A stretch of DNA of 63,149 nucleotides, filler included, from Octopus bimaculoides (taxonomy: Eukaryota): assembly GCF_001194135.2 (NCBI RefSeq). It is 4 parts of 3 records of this genome, joined end to end, with 100 filler letters (N's around TTAATTAATTAA, not from the genome) between each part and the next. Parts side by side here need not be neighbours in the genome. Positions count along the whole stretch, not along the records: positions 31,000 to 59,138 come from NC_068983.1; positions 59,239 to 60,719 come from NW_026393178.1; 2 more parts are not named here. One strand, given 5' to 3'. Numbering within the stretch: the first letter of the stretch is position 1; every line of letters starts with the position of its first letter. Under the pieces are notes generated by a model. The model saw only the letters and a list, made by a program, of their open reading frames with translations, was not told the DNA's origin and searched no databases. Both the position numbers and the translations under genes were made by a program. This document shows, one piece after another, positions 49,330 to 60,819 of the stretch.

Positions 49330-49880
49330 TTGGTTGAAAGATAAGATCTGCTTGAGCAGTTTCAAATTGAATATTGCTGAAGATTTCAAATACTTAGGTG
49401 AGCAGTTCGGAAGCAGACATTAAGATCAGGAAGGCACAAGTATGGACAGCCTGTTACAAACTAAAGAAAGGCTGGAATTCCAAATTGTTGAGGCAGATTC
49501 AAATCAAGCTGTTCATTGTAACTGTGGAATCAGTGCTATTATATGGCAGTGAAACATGGACATTGATAAAGAAATTATCAAACGGGCTAAATGGATACCA
49601 CACAAGGATGCTATGAATAGCTCTAAATGTGAAATGGTAGCAACATATGACAAATGAATACCTATATGGAGACCTGCCAAAAGTTAGCGAGAAGATCAAG
49701 TCACTGTGTGCTCCCTCTTGTCACTGGAAGTATCCAAACTACCTTTGTGAAATCCACTTCATGGAGGTGTAAGTAGAGGAAAACGTCTCGTTACACTGGC
49801 CTGGAATATATCCAGGACATCGACGCAGTGATGATGGACCGAGAAGTGTGGCGAGCAGACTTTGTTGCTACGACTCGGGT
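49330..49880 (+). mobile_element. RTE-clade LINE 3' fragment, intronic
   Basis: EDFKYLG...SSEADIKIRKAQVW...VTVESVLLYGSETWTLIKK...YHTRML. Confidence 0.85.
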
Positions 49881-50549
49881 TGGAACTCGGTCATAATAAT
49901 AAAGGTGGGGGCTTAGCTGACATAAGAAAGCATCGGTTAAAATGTTTTATGATATTTAGTCATGTTCATTACGTTTAAATTTAACAATAAAAAAAGAACT
50001 CTGAGATTAATTTTCCTTCTTTCAACTGTATTTACCTGTTTAGTACTACGACCGGTTTAATGCCCTATAATAACCTACCCAAATTGTAACCTTGCGTCAA
50101 TGTTAACAACCTTTATTAAATGTAGTTTATTAAATATAGTCATAAATTCTAATTTTTCAGAAGGTCAGCATTTTTGAGAGATGGTGTTAAGTCGATTACA
50201 TTAACTCCAGTACTTGACTGATACTTCATTTCATCGACTTCTGAGGCAAAGTCGACCTCCACCAGATTTAACCTCAGAATGTACGGAGTCAGAAGAAATG
50301 CCGTAAAGCATCTCTTCCGACCAAGTTAATGAGTAAATTCTAAAAATTCAAGGTGGTACAAAAGTTACTTTCCATATTAAATTTGTCTGTTAACAACTTT
50401 TATCTAGAGTGGTTATCTCAAACAAAGAGTTCACATAAACAAATCCCTAATACTCCTGTAACTAAAGAATAATATACAAGGAATTTGAGCATTCGACAGA
50501 TACTTTACGAGCTGTCAGAAAGCAGAAAATTGAAAGGATGTAGTAGATA

Positions 50550-50600
50550 CTAGCAGATATATCCGGCGTTGCTCGGAATTAAAATGGTATAGTTTTTTTT
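50550..50600 (-). mobile_element. Helitron 3' terminus
   Basis: Minus strand hairpin ccga-gcaacg-ccgg followed by atatatctgCTAG|T; same family as 17522. Confidence 0.6.
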
Positions 50601-50772
50601 ACTTGTTTCAGTCATGTTTTACTTGTTTCAGTTATGTGACTGCGGCCATGCTGGAGCACCGCCTTTAGTCGAACAAATCGACCACAGGATTCATTCTTTG
50701 TAAGCCTAGTACGTATTCTATCGGTGTATTTTGCCGAGCCGTGAAGTTACGGAGACGCAAACACAGCAACAT

Positions 50773-50891
50773 CAGTTCTATATTTGAGAGATGAGGAATT
50801 ATGTACATTATTTACATTTGACGGATATTTGTTCTAATCTTGTTTGTTGTCAACACAACGTTTCGGCTTATATACTCTCCAGCCTCCTTCA
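50773..50891 (-). mobile_element. 5'-truncated copy of the HHR-bearing element of 21445-21660
   Basis: Minus strand tgaaggaggctggagagtatataagccGAAAcgttgtgttgacaacaaacaag...aaatatccgtcaaatgtaaataat. Confidence 0.7.
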
Positions 50892-51343
50892 TTTGTATTT
50901 TTTCGTTATTTCTTTATGGAACAACCGGTGGTATAAATTAATATCCAAATTGTATGAGTTCCAGCTTTACCGGAGTGTACAATAATTCTCTTTTGCGATT
51001 TCAGTTTGTGTAGTAAGTCCTTTAGGCTTCTTTGGTAAGTATTATTCCCTAGTGGGTATCGTTTAAATTTTAGGTTCTTAATAGTATCCCATAGTTCGTT
51101 CTCAAAGGCGTCCAGGTGGCTGTTTGGTGGGGGTGTTTTTCTAGTTTTGAAAATTCCTTCGGTAAAGTCTTTACTGTTGTTGTGAGAGGTAGTCTCTGCT
51201 TGATTGTTTTTATCGTAGAGTAAGGCTTTCCATTGTAAACGGTGGGTGAAGTCTGTTAATTTTGCAATGACTTCTTTTAGATATACATCTTTTGGTGGAA
51301 TCGGTATATCCTTTAATGATGCTTCTATTGTTATTTGCTCCAT
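50892..51343 (-). mobile_element. N-terminal ORF fragment of a Naiad-type PLE
   Basis: ASLKDIPIPPKDVYLKEVIAKLTDFTHRLQWKALLY...FKTRKTPP...AFENEL...IKNLKFK matches the SLKNIPIP...RMRWKA...FK....PP N-terminus. Confidence 0.75.
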
Positions 51344-51440
51344 TTTACCAGTAGATGTTTGAGTTATGTCTGGCTAAAGCAGCTTAGCAAGAAATAGATA
51401 TGTTAAGTAAATTATGAGTTAGAGGTTGTGCAAACAACTA

Positions 51441-51703
51441 AGGGATAAATGTATCCGTAGACATTACTGGTGTATTATCTCACGATGTATAGTCCTAGCT
51501 ATGAGGTATACAGTAGTTGATAATTTAAAGGTAAGATCATGGTTTAATATATATATATATATAGAAACGAAAAGATAAATGCAAATTTACCTCGATTTTA
51601 TAAACAGAAACAGCTGTAAATGGTTCTAAACTACAATTAAGCAATGACTTTTTAATACCAATGATCAACTTCTCATTGTTAATTATTGCTCCATTTCTTT
51701 TCT
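51441..51703. repeat. ~260-bp dispersed repeat, second copy at 57299-57554; probably the 5' region of the adjacent Naiad family
   Basis: agggataaatgtatccgtagaca...aattattgctcc in both places, same orientation. Confidence 0.85.
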
Positions 51704-52075
51704 TTTCTATATAGATTATATTCCTTAATTACTTCAAAGCAAAATTTAAAGGATTTAGTAGATATATTCCTCAATTACTTCAAAGCAATTTTTTCAAAAT
51801 ATAAACTATCTGAAGATAAAATGACTTTTCTTATTTTACTAACAAATTGTTATTGAATTTTCAGAGTAGGATCTGACTTATGGGCCACCCCGAGGAAAAA
51901 AAAAAAAAAAGAAACACGATAATGTTTGATTATTGAGAATTTTAGGTTGCGGCCATTTAATGTACCACACTTTAATGTATTTATCTAAATTTATGTCATT
52001 AACCTACCTTAAATATTTCTTCTTTTTTAAAGTTTTGAATATACAAATTACTTCCATTCAAAACTTTCGTAACAT

Positions 52076-52420
52076 CGTGGCTAAGTGATAAGAAGCTTGC
52101 TTCCTAACCCACATGGCTCTGAGTTCAGTCCCACTGCGTGGCACTTTAGGCAAGTGTCCTCTACTTAGCCTTGGACCGACCAACACCTTGTGAACGGATT
52201 TGGTAGACGGAAACTGAAAGAAGCCCGTCATATATATATATATGTATGTATTTGTGTATGTGTTTGATTCCCATTACTGATTGACAAAAAGTGATGGTGT
52301 GTTTATGTCTCCGTAACTTAGCAGTTAGGCAAAAGAGTCTGATAGAATAAGTACTAGGCTTCAAAATGAATACTGTGGCCGATACATTCGATTAAAAATT
52401 CTTCAAGGCAATGCCCCAGC
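52076..52420 (+). mobile_element. SINE family B copy, intronic
   Basis: gagttcagtcccactgcgtggcac...ggtagacggaaactgaaagaagcccgtc. Confidence 0.85.
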
Positions 52421-52562
52421 ACGAACAATAACAACGCCAACAAAATGCACCTCACGCACAAACACGCACCCCACTCCCCGCGCACGCACGCACGCACACA
52501 CGAAAGAGTATGTGAATGCGTACCAAAAAACGTACAAACATACGCGAAAGAGTATGTGGATG

Positions 52563-52600
<38 letters not shown>

Positions 52601-52795
52601 ACACACACACACACAGGCACGCACGCCCGCACNNNNNNNNNNNNNNNNNNNNNNNNNNNNNNNNNNNNNNNNNNNNNNNNNNNNNNNNNNNNNNNNNNNN
52701 NNNNNNNNNNNNNNNNCGCACGCACGCACACACAGTTAAGCTTGAAGTCATTGTACCAAATTCGCTTATAAAGAAATATTATTTTTTCATTATAG

Positions 52796-52900
52796 TCGAC
52801 TCTCCATGTGTCAATAAATTCAGCTGTAACAATGGGAATTGCATCCCTTTAAACTGGGTGAACGACCAAGCAGATGACTGCAAGGACAAGAGTGATGAAG
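52796..52900 (+). CDS. Exon encoding LDL-receptor class A-like repeat 2 ([35 protein letters not shown])
   Basis: Acceptor ttttttcattatag|, donor |gtaacc, 105 nt, phase 1-1. F.C.NG.CIP..W..D...DC.D.SDE signature. Confidence 0.9.
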
Positions 52901-53101
52901 GTAACCTTACGTTTTCTATAACTTTGCTATTTATATTAACTGAAATAAAATGGGAATGCTATCAAGTGTTACTTAATCGATAAAGTGTGGGGTACATTAA
53001 CAGAATTAATAAAGCTATGAACAAAAATGTTTTGTGGTATTTACGTGCAACTCACTACGTTCTGGCAAGTGTTAATTAACTTAGTGTTGTTGATTAATGT
53101 A

Positions 53102-53228
53102 CAGGGTGTCCGCAAAGTCTGGGTACATGGGGATTAACACATACTTTAAGAAATTATTATTTCTTATATTTAATTGTTTATGTTATGATTTTATTTAATC
53201 TATGTAGTCAGACTTTGTGGACACTCTG
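53102..53228. mobile_element. 127-bp Tc1/mariner-type MITE
   Basis: TIRs cagggtgtccgcaaagtctg / cagactttgtggacactctg with TA on both flanks. Confidence 0.85.
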
Positions 53229-54144
53229 TATGTTAACCTATAGACCCATTAGGCTTTTAAAACCGTTAACTTTTCCTGGTTCCCATGGCATTAAAGCAAC
53301 TAAGAATACAAGATTTCTTGCTAAACGGGACTCCAGTCTGCGATGCAGGGTTAGTTAATACTCCCGGTGTCACTGGTATTCATTTTCAGTCACGTGGAGT
53401 GAAGCAACTTGAAACGAACCCCCTCAATCAAGGACACCTATTTCTCCGCATTGAGAGGTCACAAATTCAGTACAACGGACTTGTAGTTAAAATGTTACAA
53501 GAAAGCATTTCAAGCCGAGCCAACCGACAGAAGACCTACAGGTAGAATAATAACGAGATGGTTGGATAATATTTATAAAGCCAGTTGGTCACGCTTGGGA
53601 ATCCAACTGGAAAGTGTAATGATAAGACCCTATGGAGGAGGTGCTTAAGGACTCTACTCCCACGACCTTCCAGAAATAAAGGATGACGAAAATGGATGAA
53701 TGGATGGAATATTGTTTAAGGAGGTGATAAATGACAGAAATAATAGATCGTTGGGAAAATGCCATGTTGCAGTATCCTATGTACGACTCTTTATGTTCTG
53801 TGTTCACTTCCCAATAAAATCAAGTTTGCCCTTTATCTTTAGGAAGTAACGAAAATAAAGTTCACTAAGTGCTGTGATTGCTTCTGGGGCTAAGTTCTGA
53901 TGAAATAACCTTGGTGTCTATACAATCGGCTATACACTATCTACCAAATTTGAAGCTTGAAATCAATGTCATTTAATGCAAGGTTTCTCTTGAAAAGTGG
54001 GCTTATGAAGATTAAAAAAGAGCGCACAAGTTGGCAGGTTTAATAAAATTAAGATGATTTTATCCCTTTCGAACTTTCAAACATTGTTGCAAAGAAAGAG
54101 GAATTATGAAAATGCGAATTTTGTCTTGATGATTATGAAAAAGA

Positions 54145-54830
54145 TGGCGGCGAGCTGATGGAGTAATTACAGCGTCGGAAAAATCCTTTGCAGCATTCAT
54201 TTTAACTTATTACGACCTGTGTTCTGTTTTGTCTTTCCTTCTTTCAGGGTCGATAAAATAACCAGTCAAGTTCAGGGGTCGATATTATTGACTATCCCTT
54301 CCCCCAAAATCGCTGGTTTGGTTCTAAATTAGAAACATTTATTAAGATGACAGAACTGCTGCAGGGTCGGAACAAACGCCTTCCGGTACTCAAATTCCAT
54401 GGAGTTTAGCTGCTTTTCATCCCTCCGGGGTCGATAAGATAGAGTACCGGTCAAGTACTGATATCGATGGTATCGACTCATTTTCTCCTCTCAAAATTGA
54501 TGGCTCTGTGTCAAAATAAAAAGAAAAAAAACAACTATTAATTAAGAGGAAGAAAAAGGACATAGAATTTCCTTAATAAGTTTTCTGGAGATGGAATTGG
54601 GTTAAGTATTTGAGAACCACAGATTTAATGTTCTTAGGCGTGGATTGGTAGAAACGAATGTCAGACAAAATGCCATGCAGTATTTAGTTACAGTTCTTTA
54701 CATCATAAGTTCAAATCCCATCGACATCAGCTTTACCTTTCATCCACAGAGGTCGATAAAATTACTAGTCAACTACTGGAATCAATATAATCAACTACGT
54801 TATGAAATTTCACTTTGTCTATACTACAAA
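54145..54830 (+). mobile_element. Three old head-to-tail SINE family A copies
   Basis: Recurrent ttcatcc...ggggtcgataa..a.tacc.gtcaa block. Confidence 0.7.
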
Positions 54831-55780
54831 TCAATATTCTATGATGTCAACTATCTTAATTAGTGGCATATGCATCATAAAATATTCTAGTTTGATAATA
54901 AGGCAATGACATCGTTAAGATTCATCTTAGTTGCTCATAACACAGTGAAAACTGTTAAATGCATTTCTCATCTATTTCGCGAAGAGTCATATTATTCACT
55001 TCAGCAAAGCAGCCTGGTTACTAACACAATTCCACTGCAGCTGTCTAGAATTTAGTTGCTGGATTTACTGTAAATTTAATAAAGAGAAAATATTTGAGCT
55101 AAGAACTCGCTAGGAACTATCTTTTTGCCGCACACTGCAACATAGTCACTGACACACTTCTACTGCATCTGTCTGAAATTGAATTTCTAGAGTTATAATA
55201 AATTCATTAAGAGGAAAGTTTGATGTTTATAACAATTCGTCGGAAACTAAGTTTTAGATAGTTGCATTGGAAGTATCTCAGTAACCCGGTCACAGTGTGC
55301 GACGAAAATTTTGATTCCTCATGAAACAATTGTAAAAGTTAATACATCTACCTTCGTTTATCACGGGTCTTTGGTTAAAAGAACACCGTGTTAAATGAAT
55401 CAGTGAGGAATAAATAATAGTACATAGGGGAAAACAGGTTTCGTTTCAAGACCCCATGTAGCACTGAGTATTGTGGATGGTCGTAGGGGTGCACTTTTGC
55501 GCTCCAAGCACAATCTTTGACTGATCGTCGATCCAGTTATCAAGGATCAATCCGTGATAAGCGTAACACGGTTCGCAGTGGGCATACTGCGTTTTTCGGA
55601 AACAGTGATAAATGAATCCGCGATGAACGAGGATAAATGTATAATAGTTCATAGCGCTTCTAAAGTGTAAAAATTGAAATTTCAACACAGTCTCAGATCA
55701 AGTCACTTGCCAGATAAGTAAGTACAATTCCAATAAACTTGTAAAGATTCTCTGATTAATTACATTGTAATTTATTTCAG

Positions 55781-55924
55781 CCAAACGTGTCGACAGTCCG
55801 TGTCAGCAACACAAAACGTGTTGTCGCTGTACTGATTTTATCCAGAATTCTGAATGTCTTGCTAACAAATGCCGTTGTCTTCCTGGGCATATAGCAACGA
55901 ATCGAAAGACCAAGTGCGTTAAAC
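55781..55924 (+). CDS. Exon encoding an 8-Cys EB/EGF-like module (AKRVDSPCQQHKTCCRCTDFIQNSECLANKCRCLPGHIATNRKTKCVK)
   Basis: Acceptor ttgtaatttatttcag|, donor |gtaagt, 144 nt, phase 1-1, open frame with NS.C....C.C..G.........C spacing. Confidence 0.8.
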
Positions 55925-56149
55925 GTAAGTAAAATCAATACTTTTGTAGTTTTTCATTAAATATAGAATCAATTCTTATATATATCTGACGCAGAGATGG
56001 TTGTGTCGTTAAAAAGCTTACTTCCCAGTCATGTGGCCTTCGGTTCAGTCCCATTACGCATCATCTCACGCGAGTGTCTTCTACTATAACCCTGGGCCAA
56101 CCAAAGCCTTGTGAGAGGATTTGGTAGACGGAAACTAGAAGAAGCCTGT

Positions 56150-56185
<36 letters not shown>

Positions 56186-56189
56186 TATA

Positions 56190-56520
56190 TGGGAGACCAT
56201 TTAAACTCAAAATACAACATAGTTGGTCTTTGAGAAACAAGTGACAAAGAACGAGAGGAAACAAGTAAAAGAAAAACAAGTGGAATGAGAAAAATGGACA
56301 AGAAACACGGTAAAGGAACATGGTAAAGGAAATAAGAGTTGCATCCCTTTCACTCGTTAGAATCGGAAAAGATATGGTTGGTGTAATTAATTCAACAAGA
56401 AAGTTAAAGTTTGTGAGAGTGGATGCTTAATCCAGAGAGGGTGGTATTTTCCAGTTCAGTTAGAGGAATTTGTCCAGATGCTTACATTTAATGAATGTTT
56501 CTTTTTTCTTTTTCCTCATT
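56190..56520 (-). mobile_element. 3' terminal remnant of a Naiad-type PLE ending at (TA)n
   Basis: Minus strand KETFIKCKHLDKFL* followed by a UTR ending ggtctcccatatata. Confidence 0.5.
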
Positions 56521-57844
56521 CCCCTTTTTTCGTTTATTTTTGTCCCTCTCGTTCTTTCTCGCTGTGTGTAGTTAATTCTTCAATAAGAGGAATTTGTCGA
56601 GATATTTACATCTAATAAATATTTATTTTTTCTTTTTTCTCATTCGCTATTTTCTTTTACTTTTTTCCTCTCGTTCTTTCTCGCTGCGTGTATGTTTCGT
56701 TTTTCTACTTGCCCCTCAGTGGTGGCTTGTTTACTTCCCTTCAAACTTTACTGTTTAATTATGTCTTGAATAAAAAAAATGACCCATTGGATATTGTAGC
56801 TCAAGATATACTCCTAAAACACCATATCGCCACAGCTGAGATGTTTTTGATTATAAGTTTGTTTGATTGGGGTTGATGTGGAGCTAAATAGCAATATACT
56901 GACCATTCCCTTTCAGGACAACATATATTGTTTAACCTCAAATGAACTCTGATCGAGTAGAGCAAAAGGATTCTAACTGCAACCATCCCACTTAATCTCA
57001 AACTACATTATATTCTTCTAAAACAGTGTTGGTGGCAGTATAACCCTTAGACAGAACAAGAGTGTGACACAAAAAGTTTCACGATTTTTATATTGTTGGA
57101 TATGTTGATTTTGAATAAGTTTCATCTGTAGTATGGTTAATCCGTCTCCTAGTTTAACACCACCATCTAGCCTTTGAATGTCTTTATTAAAGTCCATGTG
57201 ATTCAAGCATTCGAATAAAATTTTCTGATAAAACATGTCACATGAAATGTGGTCTTTTACCCCATTCCAATCACTCCCCCAATCTCGATATATATATAAG
57301 GGATAAATGTATCCGTAGACACTACTGGTGTATTGCCTCATTATGTATAGTCCTAGCTATAAGGTATGCAGTAGTTGATAATTTAAAGGTAAAACCGTGG
57401 TTTAATATATATGGAAAAGAAAAGATAAATGCAAATTTACCTCGATTTGATAAACAGAAACAGCTGTAAATGTTTCTAAACTACAATTAAACAATGACTT
57501 TTTAATACCAATGATCAACTTCTCATTGTTAATTATTGCTCCGTTTCTTTTCTTATTGATATTGCCCTTCCCCTTCTGGCAAAACCATATAAAATAGATG
57601 AAGGGATTTGTTTTAGATAACGATCATCACCATTCTTGTCCTATTCACAACGAGCTGGTAAAGGAGACAACGTAGTTGCTGCTTAATCTGTTAAAATTAG
57701 CAACCGAATCTCCCTTAAATCTCTAAAAATGATAGAAGGACACGCTGGATAATGAAATATGAGATAAAATGGGATGTTCACGGTTAGAATTACGTTAACC
57801 AGAAGTCTGCTCGATGAGGGCTCATAAGGTACTAAGCAACAATA

Positions 57845-58059
57845 CGAGGGGTTGCTGAAAAGTTCTTGGCTCTAATGGTATTGCGAAAGGCCTGGTTCGT
57901 GGCTCAACCTTGCGAATTCTTTTACCGGGCTTAGGAAACTGAGGGACCGCTGCAATAAGTGTATGAACCTGAAAGGGGAATATGTTGAATGAAATCATAA
58001 TTAACTAATCCTCTTTTATCTTTTTTTACCCAAAGTCAGGAACTTTTCAGCACCTTACA
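57845..58059 (-). mobile_element. Mariner-derived MITE, inverted relative to 47621-47814
   Basis: ta|cgaggggttgctgaaaagttc ... caggaacttttcagcacc; the reverse complement matches the 47.6-kb copy internally. Confidence 0.85.
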
Positions 58060-59090
58060 TACATGCTCCACAATAGAATGTTTTTGTGTATTCCATAGTC
58101 TGTCTGTTGGTATTGATTTGCAAGTGAACTCTGATCGAGCACATGTATCTAAAAAGCATTCTAACCGTGTTTCCCTCATCCTTTTAGGGGCACACCAAAG
58201 ACTACATAGTCAATGTATCTTTTTTTTTTATATATATTCACGGCAGCAAGGTGCAATTTTAAGCAATATTTGGATCGCTATTTCTAACAGCTCGAATCTA
58301 ACAGTTCTGATTTATCAAACCTATGACCACCTAAAATGATCACTTAATATTTTAGGAGCATGTAGAAAGAAATTAAATAAAGTATCCTCTCACTTTCGAA
58401 CATATCAGAGTACAATTTGATGGATATTTGACTGTTATTTCTAACAGTTCAAGGGACCACCTATAAGCTCTTTCATTGTGTGCACATTTTTTGACATTTC
58501 GAAATGATGAACATCTACAAAACTTAACAGAATTTGACATTCTATGCTTTAGTAATTTTTTTACTACATACAATTTTCTATTATTTCCGTTCTACATACT
58601 CCTAGTGCCTTTCCTGGCATTCTTCGATCGTTGTTTTCTTATCTCCATCAAACAATTTCACTGAAAACTATTCCTCGAATGTAGCTTTACTTTTTTCAAG
58701 AAGCGTCATTCTGAAGTTAATGCTTAGTTAGAATTAGAGCAAGTTACACATTTATTTCGTGCCATAAAACTATTAGAGAGAAATAGAGGAGAGTGAGATA
58801 GATAGATAGAGATAGATAAATAGAGAGAGAGAGAGAGAGAGAGAGAAAGTGAAAGAAGGGGTGAGAAGAGAGAAACCAAAACAAATAAGAGAACTCTATC
58901 ACACAAAGTCATGAACAGAAAATAGAAGTTACATTAAGACAGGAAGTACAATCCTAAACAAATAACTTGTGTTGAAAGAAAACCTCAATGTTTCTGAAGT
59001 ACTTCAACAAAGCTAGATATAGGTTTCCTGAAGGTATTTTAAGCTGAACCATATTCTTTCAGTTAAGACATTAAGATATGAGAAATACCC

Positions 59091-59138
<48 letters not shown>

Positions 59139-60093
59139 NNNNNNNNNNNNNNNNNNNNNNNNNNNNNNNNNNNNNNNNNNNNTTAATTAATTAANNNNNN
59201 NNNNNNNNNNNNNNNNNNNNNNNNNNNNNNNNNNNNNNCAGGCTTCTTTCAGTTTCTGTCTACTAAATCCATTCACAAGGCTTTGATCAACGCAATGTAA
59301 GAGATACTTGCCCAAGACTATATGGTTGGGAAGCAAGTTTGTTAATCATACAGCCATGCCTGCACAAGGCATAGCGCCTGTTCAACCACCCTGCTAGAGA
59401 TGCAGCTAAGTCATGGGACTGCGGCATGGCTGATTGTGAAGGGGCAACAGAAGAGCTCTAGAAGATCAATGGTGAGGATCACTAAGCTCTCTCAAGAGAG
59501 TAACAGCAACACATCCATGGTTGTGTGATCAGTTAATGAAAGATTCATTATGACTCAAGTTCCCAATTCAACTAATAGAATTGGATAGCAACAGAGTCAT
59601 GGGAATCCATGCAGCTGCACAACTGGATATATGTGTGTGTATATTTGTATACATAAATGTGTGTGTTTGTGTGTGTATAAAATATCTCATCTCCTCTATT
59701 GACTAGAGACTGGCAGTTTTAACAGTTAAGCAATACTAACTCTAGTGGAGCCTTTAGCGTACTCTCTCAAATGCAATGCTTGTATATTCACATTGTTTTG
59801 AATTAATCATGCATTATCTCATAGCTTCAAGATTGCTATAATGTGATTATCTATTTTGCAAATGACATTGTAGGGTAAGTGTGAGAGGCTAAATCTCGCT
59901 GAATGAATACAAAATAGGTAGAATATTTTGGCCAGATATGGCTGGTCTAAATGCTAAAGGGTTAGAGAAAAATCAGCTTAGAGACAGTGTGTGTTTATTT
60001 ACATTATAACAGGAAGAAAACATTTGCATGAAAATGTATAAGGAATATGTAAACAAATACATAAAAATTGTATACGATGTGTGTGTGCTTGCA

Positions 60094-60139
<46 letters not shown>

Positions 60140-60545
60140 TAAAAATAAATAAAAAAAAAGGGTTTTGTATGATCGTGTATAGAGGAATATATTATTTTAT
60201 TTGAAAGAGTTCCAACTCTGTCTGTTTTTTATGTTTTTAATTTATATTCTTGTAAAATTTATGTGGGATATAGAAGATGGAATATATAATATATAATATA
60301 AAAAAAGATGGATGGTACAATGAAATGAAGTATTGAATGTCTTATTGAATATATGGAATATATCTTATTGAATATATGAAATATTGAGTGTTCAATATAA
60401 AGGATTAAATATATAAAGGCGAATACGTATTTTCTATACCTTGTGGTATTTCATCATGGCCGGTATGACAGACTGTAATAGACTGGCTGGTTTTCTATAT
60501 ATGATAGATCGCTGACCACTACACACATTTTTTTGTCTCCTTGTT

Positions 60546-60583
60546 TCTTTCTGTGGAAGAGTGTAGGCTCGAAACGTTAAAGA
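60546..60583 (+). ncRNA. Second copy of the variant minimal HHR
   Basis: tcttt CTGTGGA a gagt gtag gctc GAAA cg tt aaaga. Confidence 0.5.
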
Positions 60584-60819
60584 CTTTCTCAATTCTCGAG
60601 CATTATACTAATACATCTATTTGTTTTCTACACCACCTGTGTTCGTCTGTTGTTTTCTTTTGTGAATTCTCCATATATATGTATATATATATATATGTAT
60701 ATATATGTGTGTGCGTGTANNNNNNNNNNNNNNNNNNNNNNNNNNNNNNNNNNNNNNNNNNNNTTAATTAATTAANNNNNNNNNNNNNNNNNNNNNNNNN
60801 NNNNNNNNNNNNNNNNNNN

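Noticed and set aside
51441-51520. Possible HHR in the 260-bp repeat upstream of the Naiad fragment
   Set aside because: Neither copy has a credible CUGANGA or GAAA; only a short hairpin.
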